From an uncultured bacterium (GTDB lineage Bacteria; Fermentibacterota; Fermentibacteria; Fermentibacterales; JCC-6): DNA of 64,000 nucleotides. The stretch covers positions 3,410-67,409 of the forward strand of contig CBDUZS010000005.1 in NCBI GenBank assembly GCA_965371785.1, given 5' to 3'. Both the position numbers and the translations under genes were made by a program. Positions 27,280 to 36,872 of the stretch are shown in pieces (the stretch's first letter is position 1; every line of letters begins with the position of its first letter). Under the pieces are notes generated by a model. The model was not told the DNA's origin, ran no database searches, and saw only the letters and a program-made list of their open reading frames with translations.

Positions 27280-27948
27280 TTACCGCTCCTCGCTTTCAGA
27301 GGGCTTTTCGTCAGTTTCTTCGGTTGATTCCTCATCCGCCAGGGCTTCTTCACCCTCGAGAAGTTCTTCTTCCTCTTCGGGTGTCTCGACCACAAGAACC
27401 GTGGGAGCAACGACCGTAGCGACGACAAGCTCATCCTGCAAGCTGGTAGTGATTCCGTCGGGGAAAACGATATCCGAGATATGAAGTGAGTCTCCGATAC
27501 TCAGAGAACCGACGTCCACGTTGATCGCCTGCGGGATGTCCTTGGCTTTTACAGTGATCAATAACTCGTGCAGTATGTGCTCGAGTACTCCTCCCTCGAC
27601 AACGCCCACCGGCGTGTTCTCGGTATGAACATGGACCATGACGCTTACAATCTGATCTGCGGAAACCCTCAGGAAATCGATGTGAAGCGGCTTATCCGAA
27701 ATAGGGTCCCATTGAATATCCTTCACAATGACGGCAGTTTTCTTGCCATCGTCATAGACCAGATCAAAAAGACCGGATGCAATCGAGTAACCGAACTTTG
27801 TCATGTACTCATACTCATCGAGTTCGATTTGCAGGTAATCAGCGCTTTTCCCGTAGACAACTCCCGGGACCTTCCCCGTTCGGCGCAGTCTCCGGGCTTT
27901 TCTCGAACCTGAAGTTGATCGGTGTTTTACATTTAGTTCTACTGACAT
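27280..27948 (-). CDS. rplY: 50S ribosomal protein L25 / general stress protein Ctc
   Basis: 'RSTSGSRKARRLRRTGKVPGVVYGK', a long Ctc-type form with an acidic C-terminal tail. Confidence 0.85.
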   Translation of the reverse strand: MSVELNVKHRSTSGSRKARRLRRTGKVPGVVYGKSADYLQIELDEYEYMTKFGYSIASGLFDLVYDDGKKTAVIVKDIQWDPISDKPLHIDFLRVSADQIVSVMVHVHTENTPVGVVEGGVLEHILHELLITVKAKDIPQAINVDVGSLSIGDSLHISDIVFPDGITTSLQDELVVATVVAPTVLVVETPEEEEELLEGEEALADEESTEETDEKPSESEER

Positions 27949-27970
27949 TTACTACGTCCTTTCCTGGTTC

Positions 27971-28046
27971 TGGCTGGGGCGGGAGGATTCGAACCTCCAA
28001 ATGCAGGAACCAAAATCCTGTGTCTTACCAGTTTGACTACGCCCCA
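27971..28046 (-). tRNA. tRNA-Gln (anticodon UUG), CCA encoded
   Basis: The reverse complement reads UGGGGCG-UA-...-CAGGA-UUUUGGU-UCCUG-CAUUU-GGAGG-UUCGAAU-CCUCC-CGCCCCA-G-CCA. That gives a 7-bp acceptor, 5-bp anticodon and T stems, and a T-loop UUCGAAU, 76 nt in total. Confidence 0.9.
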
Positions 28047-28912
28047 TCACAGGATGTCGATCTGCTCACGAAAGATCTGACCCCGATTGGCGGATTCGCC
28101 GAGAACTCGCAGGCTTCCCTCTCCGAACGGAAGAGTACGTACAAGGCCGGTCCGGAGCCGGAAAGCCCCCAGCTATCGAAAGAATCGTCTAGCTGACCGG
28201 CAATGTCTGCGATATCCGGGTAGCTCTCGCAAAGCACTGGCAGGAAGTCATTCCACAAATCCAGCGGGAAAGGTTTACCCTCGTGCCAGGTTCTCACCGA
28301 GCCTGAACAATGCTCTTTTCGGGTATCTTCTGTCAAGGAAAGTACGGTGTTGTCCCACTGGCTGTAAGCCCATGGTGTGGAAATAGAAATAGGCGGATGT
28401 AGTATCACTGCCCAGAAAGGGGGGCAGGAGATGCGCTTTGTCCTCTCTCCCCTTCCCTCTACGAGCGCTGCTCCTCTCTCCAGAAAGAAAGGGACATCAC
28501 TTCCCAGTTTCACAGCGAGGGGCGGCAGCTCGATCTCAGGGAGTTCCAACAGACTGGCAAGACCTTTGAGAACTGCAGCTGCATCGCTGCTCCCGCCGCC
28601 CAGCCCGGCAGCTGAGGGGATGTTCTTCTCGAGGTCAATGCTGACATCCTGTTCTGCTGCGGCTGCTTCGATGAAAACCTGCGCAGCTCTCCAGGCCAGA
28701 TTCCGGGAATCTGCTGGAATCGAATCACCGGAGACGCTGAGATCTATGCGTCCGGTTCCAGGACGTACGTGAATCCCGATCCTGTCGGACAGCGAGATGG
28801 AGTGGAAAATGCTCGATATATCGTGGAAACCGTCGCTCCTCTTGCCCAGTATCCTGAGTCCCAGGTTGAGTTTCGCATTTGCTTCGACAGTGATGTGCCT
28901 GGCCCGCATCAT
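28037..28912 (-). CDS. ispE: 4-(cytidine 5'-diphospho)-2-C-methyl-D-erythritol kinase
   Basis: 'KLNLGLRILGKRSDGFHDISSIF' and the GHMP-kinase motif 'PSAAGLGGGSSDAAAVL' are present. The 3' end overlaps the tRNA-Gln 5' end by 10 nt. Confidence 0.85.
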   Translation of the reverse strand: MMRARHITVEANAKLNLGLRILGKRSDGFHDISSIFHSISLSDRIGIHVRPGTGRIDLSVSGDSIPADSRNLAWRAAQVFIEAAAAEQDVSIDLEKNIPSAAGLGGGSSDAAAVLKGLASLLELPEIELPPLAVKLGSDVPFFLERGAALVEGRGERTKRISCPPFWAVILHPPISISTPWAYSQWDNTVLSLTEDTRKEHCSGSVRTWHEGKPFPLDLWNDFLPVLCESYPDIADIAGQLDDSFDSWGLSGSGPALYVLFRSEREACEFSANPPIGVRSFVSRSTSCDGA

Positions 28913-29850
28913 CCTGTTCCCGGGAAGAACCTGAGCACGAATGCAACGCAGACAAGCCAGAGAATAACGTTGAGGAGCAGCGGGCGATCCTTCAAGAGCA
29001 TCCTGTCCGGACTGCCTCCCTGGCCCTTCTGATGGATCAGATAGAGGTATCTGAAAATGCCGTAAGCAACGAATGGTATGGTTATCCAGAGCCTGTCGGA
29101 AACCTGGCTCAGCGTTCTCTCGCTGACGGTGTAGATCGAATAGGCCATAAGGCTCACGGCGGTAGCGATTCCGATCATCTCGTCCAGGAGATGTGGAGAA
29201 TACTCATCAAGAGATCTTCTGTGTCCGCTGGCATCCTCTCCCAGAGAGACGACTTCGGATCGTCTCTTCGAGAATGCAAGAAATACTGCAAGGAAGAACG
29301 TGCAGACGATCAGCCATGGTGAAATGGTAACGCTGTACCCGGCATCCGATGCCACCGCTACGCCGGCGAGGGCTCTCAGAACAAAGCCCATTGCAATGAG
29401 CAGACAATCCAGGATGACTACATGTTTTAGCCTTAGGGTGTATGCGATCTGCATTACGAAGTAGGCTGCGGCGACTACGGCGAAGTTCCTGCTCAGGAGT
29501 GCTGCAGTGCTCAGGACAACAACGACCAGGATACTCGCCGCAAGACCAGCCGTTCTGATGCCCAGCCGTCCCGAGGCAATCGGTCTGTTTCTCTTCTCGG
29601 GATGAAGCCTGTCCCTGTTTCGGTCTACTATATCGTTGAACAGATAGACGGATCCTGCAAGCAGGCAGAATCCCAGTGTCGCAGCAGCGGTCACGGCAAA
29701 TGCATGCCAGGTCCAGATGCGGCCGAAGAGGAAAGCGGCAAAGACGAAGAGGTTCTTGGTCCAGGATCTGATTCTGAGTTCAGCAATAATAAGTGCAAGT
29801 GCTTTCATGCAGTCTATAATAGTCTTCTGCATCTTCAGGGAAAAGCTCAC
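28909..29850 (-). CDS. UbiA-family prenyltransferase, decaprenyl-phosphate phosphoribosyltransferase-like
   Basis: 'NDIVDRNRDRLHPEKRNRPIASG' closely resembles the Asp-rich motif of polyprenyl-phosphate 5-phosphoribosyltransferases. About 8 TM helices. The stop overlaps the ispE start. The true start may be an internal Met (29832 or 29808). Confidence 0.7.
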   Translation of the reverse strand: MSFSLKMQKTIIDCMKALALIIAELRIRSWTKNLFVFAAFLFGRIWTWHAFAVTAAATLGFCLLAGSVYLFNDIVDRNRDRLHPEKRNRPIASGRLGIRTAGLAASILVVVVLSTAALLSRNFAVVAAAYFVMQIAYTLRLKHVVILDCLLIAMGFVLRALAGVAVASDAGYSVTISPWLIVCTFFLAVFLAFSKRRSEVVSLGEDASGHRRSLDEYSPHLLDEMIGIATAVSLMAYSIYTVSERTLSQVSDRLWITIPFVAYGIFRYLYLIHQKGQGGSPDRMLLKDRPLLLNVILWLVCVAFVLRFFPGTG

Positions 29851-29916
29851 ACCTCGTAGCTTTCTCCATTGTCATTCAACTATATTATCCCTTCCGGTGC
29901 AAAGGGGTACAAATCG

Positions 29917-31980
29917 ATGAGACTCTGTTCGGCCGTTCTGCTAGGAATCGCTGTATCTATTTGTGCAGCAACCGAGTATGACGTAGAACGCCTTGACTAT
30001 TCAAACCATGGCAGCGTTAATTCGAACCTGGATGATCCTCTCCGCCTGAGGGTAACCGACCCCCTCACGGGTTCTGCCGTAGAGGGTGTCATGGTTACAT
30101 TCAAGATGCTCGACAACAACGGCAGCCTCCTGCCCCTTCCCGGCTTCATCTACGCGCCTCTGAGTGAATCAGATGAACCAGGTCATATAACCGAACTCGC
30201 TGTTTATACGAATGCAGATGGTATCGCCGGGGTTGACCTGGAACTCGGTTCAAGAATGGGAGAGATCAATGTAGATGCGGTTGTGCTGCTTCCCGACGGG
30301 CACATCGTCGAAGTGGAGTATGCGGTAGTCGCTATCGATCTCAAGAACATTATCTTCCAGATTGTAGGCGGACTGGCTGTTTTCCTCTTCGGTATGCGGT
30401 TGATGTCACAGGGGCTTCAGAACGTTGCGGGAAACAGGATGCGGAGCATCCTCGAGAAGCTGACCAGTAACCGCTTCATGGGAGTGATAGCCGGCGCGCT
30501 CGTAACCGCAGCAATACAGAGTTCCAGCGCAACGACGGTTATAACGGTGAGCTTTGTCAACAGTGCTCTTATGACCCTGCAGCAGGCAGTAGGGGTCGTT
30601 CTGGGTGCGAACATCGGAACCACCATCACCGGCCAGTTGATCGCCTTTAAAATAACGAGTTATGCCTATCCAATGATAGCCGTTGGTTTCATCCTGGTAG
30701 CCTTCTCGAAGAGACGGAAGCGTCAGCTCTGGGGGCAGGTGATAATCGGTCTGGGATTGCTCTTTCTGGGAATGAATGCCATGTCCGGAATCCTCCAGCC
30801 TCTGAGGACTTCGGCGCCGGTTCGGGATTTCTTCATGACTTTCAGTGATTCACCCATACTCGCGATACTCGCTGGAACGATTGTAACGGTCCTGGTTCAG
30901 AGTTCCAGCGCAACCGTCGGCCTGACAATGACACTTGCCGGCGCTGGTCTTATCTCGCTGCAGGGAGCCGTCTACATCGTCCTGGGTGACAACATCGGAA
31001 CGACGATAACAGCCCAGCTGGCCGCCATTGGCAGCAACAGGGCTGCAAGACGTACTGCGATGGCGCATACACTCTTCAACGTTATAGGTGCATTTTACTT
31101 TGCTCTTCTATTGTATAACCAGAACGGATTTTTCCTTCGGCTGGTGAGAAGCCTTACGGGCGACCCCATGAGACAGGTGGCAAACGCACATTCGATATTC
31201 AATATCTTCAACTGTCTCGTGTTCATTCCACTGGTTCCCCTCCTCACGAAACTGTGTACTCTGCTGATTCCCGGAACCGATTCCGAAAGGGAGGATAGTG
31301 TAGCAATCCAGCTGGATGAGAGACTTCTCGAAAGCCCGGTTCTGGCAATCGATGCCATCGAGCGGGAGGTCGTGAAGATGGCCCGGTATGCCGGTAAGGC
31401 CGTCAAACTTGCATCCGCTTGCTTTCTCCAGGATACTCAGACCGGTGACCGGATCATGCTCATGGAGGACAACGTTGATCTGATGCAGAGGGATATCACC
31501 ATTTACGCTTCAAAACTTTTTCAGCAGAATCTGAGCAGTGAGCTGTCCCTGAAACTCCCGGTACTCCTTCATACCATAAACGACCTCGAGAGAGTATCCG
31601 ATCATGCAGTCAACATGGTCGAGGCCTCGGAGAGAATACAGAACAAGGTCCTTGAACCTGATGGTCCACTCTCACTTGCAGCTATACAGGCATCGGAGAT
31701 AGTTGCGAAGATGATCGATGCCATCGTAATCTCTCTCGAGAAGTCGGACAGGCAGGCCGCCGAGAGAGCACTGATGCTCGAAGGAGAGCTCAACCAGCTC
31801 GAAGTTCAGGCAAGGAGCAGCTATGGGGAGTCACTCACCAGATTCGGTCTCTCCGATATGAACGGTCTGGCTCTGCTCGATTTCATCGATTACTGCGAGA
31901 GAATCGGCGATCACCTGACGAACGTTGCCCAGTCCCTGCTTGGAGGGGGCGTATGGCAGGGTCAGGATGATATCCACTAG
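29917..31980 (+). CDS. Na+/phosphate cotransporter family (NptA-like) protein with PhoU-like C-terminal repeats and an extra N-terminal ~140-aa secreted domain
   Basis: 'GGLAVFLFGMRLMSQGLQNVAGNRMRSILEKLTSNRFMGVIAGALVTAAIQSSSATTV' and the second repeat 'VQSSSATVGLTM' are present. The C-terminus is PhoU-like helical. The N-terminal signal MRLCSAVLLGIAVSICAA is followed by a beta-rich segment. Confidence 0.85.
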   Translation: MRLCSAVLLGIAVSICAATEYDVERLDYSNHGSVNSNLDDPLRLRVTDPLTGSAVEGVMVTFKMLDNNGSLLPLPGFIYAPLSESDEPGHITELAVYTNADGIAGVDLELGSRMGEINVDAVVLLPDGHIVEVEYAVVAIDLKNIIFQIVGGLAVFLFGMRLMSQGLQNVAGNRMRSILEKLTSNRFMGVIAGALVTAAIQSSSATTVITVSFVNSALMTLQQAVGVVLGANIGTTITGQLIAFKITSYAYPMIAVGFILVAFSKRRKRQLWGQVIIGLGLLFLGMNAMSGILQPLRTSAPVRDFFMTFSDSPILAILAGTIVTVLVQSSSATVGLTMTLAGAGLISLQGAVYIVLGDNIGTTITAQLAAIGSNRAARRTAMAHTLFNVIGAFYFALLLYNQNGFFLRLVRSLTGDPMRQVANAHSIFNIFNCLVFIPLVPLLTKLCTLLIPGTDSEREDSVAIQLDERLLESPVLAIDAIEREVVKMARYAGKAVKLASACFLQDTQTGDRIMLMEDNVDLMQRDITIYASKLFQQNLSSELSLKLPVLLHTINDLERVSDHAVNMVEASERIQNKVLEPDGPLSLAAIQASEIVAKMIDAIVISLEKSDRQAAERALMLEGELNQLEVQARSSYGESLTRFGLSDMNGLALLDFIDYCERIGDHLTNVAQSLLGGGVWQGQDDIH

Positions 31981-32024
31981 AGTTTTCCGCTCCCTGCCCT
32001 GATCCAACTCCTTTGGAGAGAGAA

Positions 32025-32267
32025 ATGCATGAGTCAGAGATATTAGTTTCCCTGGACAGAATTGAAGAGGGTATCGCAGTCATTCTCACGAGGGAATCCT
32101 ACCGCTGGCTCCTTCCAGTCGAACAGCTTCCCGAAGGAACCACGGAAGGGGATGTCCTGAGAGTACGCTTCAATATAGATCCGGAGGAGACCGCAGCTAC
32201 AGCTTCACGCATCGGTGATCTTCAGCATCGCCTGCTGGACAGAACCGGAGAACAAGATGGAGACTGA
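32025..32267 (+). CDS. DUF3006-family small protein
   Basis: 'ILVSLDRIEEGIAVILTRESYRWLLPVEQLPEGTTEGDVLRV'. ATG at 32025 follows ggagagagaa. The track start at 32013 is a TTG. Confidence 0.6.
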   Translation: MHESEILVSLDRIEEGIAVILTRESYRWLLPVEQLPEGTTEGDVLRVRFNIDPEETAATASRIGDLQHRLLDRTGEQDGD

Positions 32268-32940
32268 CCCGGGCATCCTGGTGCTCGTTGCTACCCCCAT
32301 AGGAAACCTGGGAGATCTTTCCCCCAGAGCCTCGCGTATCCTGCAGGATGCCGATGCCGTTCTGGCTGAAGACACCAGGCGAACCCGGAAGCTGCTCGAT
32401 AATCCCAGGAAACTTTTGAGCTACAACGACCACAATGCTGCTGGCCGACTTCCCGAAATGGGCAAACTCCTGATGCAGGGGAAAACGGTGGCAGTTGTAT
32501 CCGATGCCGGGACACCGGGAATATCCGACCCGGCTTATCGCGCAGTTCGAAAAGCACTTGAAGTAGGTGCAATCGTCACTGTGATACCTGGTCCAACTGC
32601 TGTGATTGCAGCTCTGGTAGGCTCCGGCCTTCCGGTTGACAGGTTCTGTTTCGAAGGCTTTCTGCCAAGGAAGAAGGGAGCGCGGCGGAAGAGGCTGGAA
32701 GAGGCAGGGCGTTATCCTGGAACGCTGATCTTTTTCATAGGGCCGCATCACCTTTCCCGTTACCTGTTTGAAATGTACGAAGTGCTCGGTGACAGACCTG
32801 CATGTGTTGCCAGAGAACTTACGAAGCTTCATGAGGAGTACGTCAGGGGAGCCCTCGGGGAGCTCGCAACGATATATTCCGAGTGTTCCGTCCGTGGAGA
32901 GATAACGCTTCTCGTCGGAGGAACACGTACGGTTGATTGA
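32257..32940 (+). CDS. rsmI: 16S rRNA (cytidine1402-2'-O)-methyltransferase
   Basis: 'GILVLVATPIGNLGDLSPRASRILQDADAVLAEDTRRTRKLL' is the RsmI tetrapyrrole-methylase-fold signature. ATG at 32257. Confidence 0.85.
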   Translation: METDPGILVLVATPIGNLGDLSPRASRILQDADAVLAEDTRRTRKLLDNPRKLLSYNDHNAAGRLPEMGKLLMQGKTVAVVSDAGTPGISDPAYRAVRKALEVGAIVTVIPGPTAVIAALVGSGLPVDRFCFEGFLPRKKGARRKRLEEAGRYPGTLIFFIGPHHLSRYLFEMYEVLGDRPACVARELTKLHEEYVRGALGELATIYSECSVRGEITLLVGGTRTVD

Positions 32941-32992
32941 CTTATATGCGATGGATTCCTATTTTTCATAGCCATTTGCAGTTGGAGGTTAC

Positions 32993-33610
32993 TTGGGTCT
33001 CGACAGTATCAGGAAGGCTGGCAGACAGCTCCTTGAACCGCTGGTGAAGTTGCTGGCCAGACTGGGTGTGAGTCCAGCTGCGGTAACCGTTTCAGGGCTT
33101 GTTATGGCCGGTATTGCTGCAGGATTCATCTGGAATGGGCTTTACTGGCAGGGAGCCCTGCTTCTCTATCTGGGAAGTATCCTGGATGCGGTGGATGGCG
33201 GTCTGGCAAGAGAACTGGGCCGTGAATCCAGAGCGGGAGCAGTCCTGGATTCGACGCTGGACCGAATAGGTGAGCTGTTCGTGCTGGCTGCGATTCTTAC
33301 GGGAACTGCCGGCACGGAGCACAAAGTTCTTCTGTATCTCGTTCCCGCTGCCCTGGGTGGCTCGTTCATGGTCAGCTATGTACGGGCGAGGGCGGAAGGT
33401 GTTGGAATCGATTGCTCGGTTGGCGTGTTTACGCGAACCGAGAGGCTTGTCCTCATTATTACGGGTCTCGTGCTGGCGGGAGTACTCGCCGCAGGAAGTT
33501 CTGTTCTGGTCTGGATGCTGGCAGTGGTGTCCGGAGGAACCTGGCTGACGTTTGCTCAGAGACTCTGGGTTGTTACAAGAAATGGACGCAACTCGCGTCC
33601 GGAGTCGTAG
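32993..33610 (+). CDS. CDP-alcohol phosphatidyltransferase (likely phosphatidylinositol-phosphate synthase type)
   Basis: The complete motif D-x2-D-G-x2-A-R-x8-G-x3-D-x3-D is in 'LDAVDGGLARELGRESRAGAVLDSTLDRIGE'. About 6 TM helices. TTG start follows ggagg. It lies immediately upstream of inositol-1-phosphate synthase. Confidence 0.75.
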   Translation: MGLDSIRKAGRQLLEPLVKLLARLGVSPAAVTVSGLVMAGIAAGFIWNGLYWQGALLLYLGSILDAVDGGLARELGRESRAGAVLDSTLDRIGELFVLAAILTGTAGTEHKVLLYLVPAALGGSFMVSYVRARAEGVGIDCSVGVFTRTERLVLIITGLVLAGVLAAGSSVLVWMLAVVSGGTWLTFAQRLWVVTRNGRNSRPES

Positions 33611-33632
33611 ATCCCCTCAGGGGAGGATATGA

Positions 33633-34739
33633 ATGTCTAAGAAGATCAGAGTAGCTATTATCGGAGTTGGCAATTGCGCCAGCAGCCTCGTGCAGGGTGT
33701 CGAGTACTACAGGAAAGCGTCTTCAACAGATAGAGTACCAGGACTCATGCACGTGAATCTCGGTGGTTACCACGTTAAAGATGTCGAATTCTCATCTTCA
33801 TTCGACATCAACATTACGAAAGTCGGGAAGGATCTCAGCGAAGCTATCTTCGCCGATCCGAACTGCACGATCAAACTCTGTGATGTTCCAAATCTTTCCG
33901 TGCCGGTTCACAGAGGCATGACGCACGACGGCATAGGTAAATACCTCAAACCGATCATCAAGAAGGCTCCCGGATCTACTGCGGACATAGTAGGGATCCT
34001 GAAGGAAACGAAGACCGATGTAGTCGTGAATTATCTCCCGGTCGGCTCGGAAGAGGCAACCAAATGGTACGTCGAGCAGATTCTCGAGGCTGGATGCGCG
34101 TTTGTCAATGCAATCCCGGTCTTCATCGCCTCCGAACATTACTGGCAGAAACGCTTCCGCGACAAGGGACTGCCGGTTCTCGGCGATGACATCAAGAGCC
34201 AGGTCGGCGCAACAATTCTCCACAGGGTCATGACACGGCTCTTCGAGGACAGAGGAGTGAAACTCGATAGAACCTACCAGCTCAACGTCGGCGGCAACAC
34301 GGATTTCCTTAACATGCTCGAGCGTGAGCGTCTTGAATCCAAGAAGATATCCAAGACGAATGCCGTCACTTCCCAGATCCCCGGCGGTATAGAACCGAGG
34401 AATGTACACATTGGCCCCAGTGATTACATCGAATGGCTGGATGATCGCAAGTGGTGCTACATACGCATGGAGGGAACCAGCTTCGGAGATGTTCCTCTGA
34501 ACATCGAAGCAAAGCTCGAAGTCTGGGACAGCCCCAACTCCGCCGGTGTGATAATCGATGCGGTAAGGTGCGCGAAACTTGCATTGGACAACGGTCTTTC
34601 CGGCGCGATCGAAGCGCCTTCCTCCTATTTCTTCAAGTCTCCTCCGGTCCAGCATTACGACGATCAGTGTCGAATCATGACCGAGGAGTACATCGGCAAG
34701 TATGCAAAGACCGGAACCAGGAACTCAGAGAAGAAGTAA
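33633..34739 (+). CDS. myo-inositol-1-phosphate synthase
   Basis: '[22 protein letters not shown]' and '[21 protein letters not shown]...[25 protein letters not shown]' are typical of prokaryotic MIPS. Confidence 0.85.
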   Translation: MSKKIRVAIIGVGNCASSLVQGVEYYRKASSTDRVPGLMHVNLGGYHVKDVEFSSSFDINITKVGKDLSEAIFADPNCTIKLCDVPNLSVPVHRGMTHDGIGKYLKPIIKKAPGSTADIVGILKETKTDVVVNYLPVGSEEATKWYVEQILEAGCAFVNAIPVFIASEHYWQKRFRDKGLPVLGDDIKSQVGATILHRVMTRLFEDRGVKLDRTYQLNVGGNTDFLNMLERERLESKKISKTNAVTSQIPGGIEPRNVHIGPSDYIEWLDDRKWCYIRMEGTSFGDVPLNIEAKLEVWDSPNSAGVIIDAVRCAKLALDNGLSGAIEAPSSYFFKSPPVQHYDDQCRIMTEEYIGKYAKTGTRNSEKK

Positions 34740-35391
34740 CGGAAACGGCATATCCGGTTTCTTTATTACCCTCGAGGGAGTCGAAGGAGCCGGCAAGTCG
34801 ACCCGTTGCCACAATCTTGTTCTGACACTGAGAAACGAAGGGTACGACGTCGTCCATACTCGCGAACCCGGCGGTCCCCCGATTGCCGAGAGGATTCGTG
34901 AGCTCCTCCTCGATACCGAACACGTTGTCGCGCCTCTTGTTGAACTCATGCTCTACCTTGCTGCGAGAGCGGCAAACGTGCACTCCGTAATAATGCCGGC
35001 TCTCGAATCGGGCAAACTCGTAGTCTGTGAAAGGTTCTCCGATGCAACGGTCGCCTACCAGGTCTGGGGTCGCGGGTTGCCTGAAGCCGCAGTCAGAAAA
35101 GCCATCGACCTGGCAACTGACGGGCTGGTTCCGGATCTTACCGTGCTGCTTGATCTCGATCCCGAGGAAGGTTTTCGGCGGCTCGATCAACAGCAGAGAA
35201 CTCTGGATAGAATCGAAACCGAGAAGCTGGATTTCCACCGGAGAGTCAGGCAGGGGTACCTGGAACTATCGAAGACTGAGCCGCGTTTCTACACAATCGA
35301 CGCATCATTGCCTGAGAATCAACAGGACCGGCTCTTGCTAGAGCATGTCATCCGCCTTTTAAAAGACAACGAAGGCGGGAAGGAAGGCTGA
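34702..35391 (+). CDS. tmk: dTMP (thymidylate) kinase
   Basis: The P-loop is '[14 protein letters not shown]', and 'TREPGG' is present. The only in-frame canonical start is ATG at 34702, which overlaps the MIPS gene by 38 nt. Confidence 0.85.
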   Translation: MQRPEPGTQRRSNGNGISGFFITLEGVEGAGKSTRCHNLVLTLRNEGYDVVHTREPGGPPIAERIRELLLDTEHVVAPLVELMLYLAARAANVHSVIMPALESGKLVVCERFSDATVAYQVWGRGLPEAAVRKAIDLATDGLVPDLTVLLDLDPEEGFRRLDQQQRTLDRIETEKLDFHRRVRQGYLELSKTEPRFYTIDASLPENQQDRLLLEHVIRLLKDNEGGKEG

Positions 35392-35396
35392 ACTAA

Positions 35397-36866
35397 ATGA
35401 GAAGATTCATTCCCGGATGGGTTATGGTAATGGCTGCAACCGCTCTGCTGGTTGCAACCGGTTTCACTGTTCTGCCTTCAGCACGTGCAGAAAGCGCAGC
35501 ATCCAGGGCTTCTGCGCTCGAACTGTTCCTCGATGTCTACAGTATGACCAGAGCAACGTACGTAGATAAACTCGAGTCACAGGCTCTTATCGAGGCCGCA
35601 CTGAGCGGGATGCTGGACTCCCTTGACCCCAACAGCATGCTGCTCACCCCCGCAGAGTACGAGAACCTCAGGATTCAACTCGAGGGTTCCTTCGAGGGTG
35701 TGGGTATTACTCTCGGGACAAGGGATGACTGGCTTACAGTGGTCTCGCCAATCGAGGAGACTCCTGCCCACCGCGCCGGGATGAAGGCCGGAGACAGAAT
35801 AGTCGAAATCGATGGTGATACGACCGAAGGCATGTCGACGGACGAAGCGGTATCACGGATCAGAGGCCCGGATGGGACGATTGTCGATCTGACAATCGTC
35901 AGACCGGGTATGGCAGACTCTATCCTCTTCAGCATCACTCGGGGAGTAATCGATTTTCCTTCGGTATCTACAGGCTTCATGGTGAATGACAATACGGGCT
36001 ATGTGAGGTTGTCGCGGTTCTCGGAGGAATCGGCCCGGGATCTTCTCAGAGTCATCCGGGAACTCGAGGAAGAGGGTGCCGAAAACCTTATTTTCGATCT
36101 CAGAGGGAATTCGGGAGGGCTCTTCAACCCATCCATAGACGTAGCGGATATTTTTCTCCCATCCGCGTCCGAGGTCGTCATGACAAGGGGACAGGCAGTG
36201 GGAGAGAGAACTTACTATTGCAGTCGCGGCGTACTTTTCCGCGGAAACACCGTAGTCCTGATAGATGGAGGCAGTGCAAGCTCCTCCGAGATAGTGGCAG
36301 GTGCCCTTCAGGATCACGGCGCGGCAACGATCATAGGCACGAGGTCCTTTGGTAAGGGTTCCGTTCAGTCACTCTCCGATCTCGGTACGTATCCGGGTCT
36401 CGGGCAGTACGGTGTAAAGCTGACCACTGCAAGGTACTACACGCCTTCTGGTAGAAGCATCGACAGAACTCTCAGAGATGATTTCTTCGAAATCGACGCA
36501 CTCGAGGACTGGGGTATCGAACCTGATATAACAGTTGAGCCCAACGAGTTCGACGGCAGACTCATGGCCGATCTTGAGATGGGCTCCTGGTTCTTCAAAT
36601 TTGCGGTCGAATACACCTTGGAATACAGTGTGTCCGAGGACTTCTGGCCCGATGAAGAAGTTGTACAGTCGTTCAGAGAATACCTTGATCGATCTTCCTT
36701 CGAATGGAACGAAGAAGAATTCGAACAGAGTCTCGATTACATTGAACGTGCACTTCTCCGGGAGATAGCTCTGAGGGAATGGGATATGGATTCCTATTAC
36801 AGAGCCCTGATTCCGCACGATCAGTACGTACAGCAAGCTCTTGAGTTCCTGAGCGAACGGGGATGA
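35397..36866 (+). CDS. S41-family C-terminal processing peptidase with a PDZ domain
   Basis: The PDZ motif is 'SPIEETPAHRAGMKAGDRIVEIDG'. S41 motifs are 'LIFDLRGNSGGL' and 'GGSASSSEIVAGALQDHGAATIIGTRSFGKGSVQ'. Confidence 0.85.
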   Translation: MRRFIPGWVMVMAATALLVATGFTVLPSARAESAASRASALELFLDVYSMTRATYVDKLESQALIEAALSGMLDSLDPNSMLLTPAEYENLRIQLEGSFEGVGITLGTRDDWLTVVSPIEETPAHRAGMKAGDRIVEIDGDTTEGMSTDEAVSRIRGPDGTIVDLTIVRPGMADSILFSITRGVIDFPSVSTGFMVNDNTGYVRLSRFSEESARDLLRVIRELEEEGAENLIFDLRGNSGGLFNPSIDVADIFLPSASEVVMTRGQAVGERTYYCSRGVLFRGNTVVLIDGGSASSSEIVAGALQDHGAATIIGTRSFGKGSVQSLSDLGTYPGLGQYGVKLTTARYYTPSGRSIDRTLRDDFFEIDALEDWGIEPDITVEPNEFDGRLMADLEMGSWFFKFAVEYTLEYSVSEDFWPDEEVVQSFREYLDRSSFEWNEEEFEQSLDYIERALLREIALREWDMDSYYRALIPHDQYVQQALEFLSERG

Positions 36867-36872
36867 GATTCC

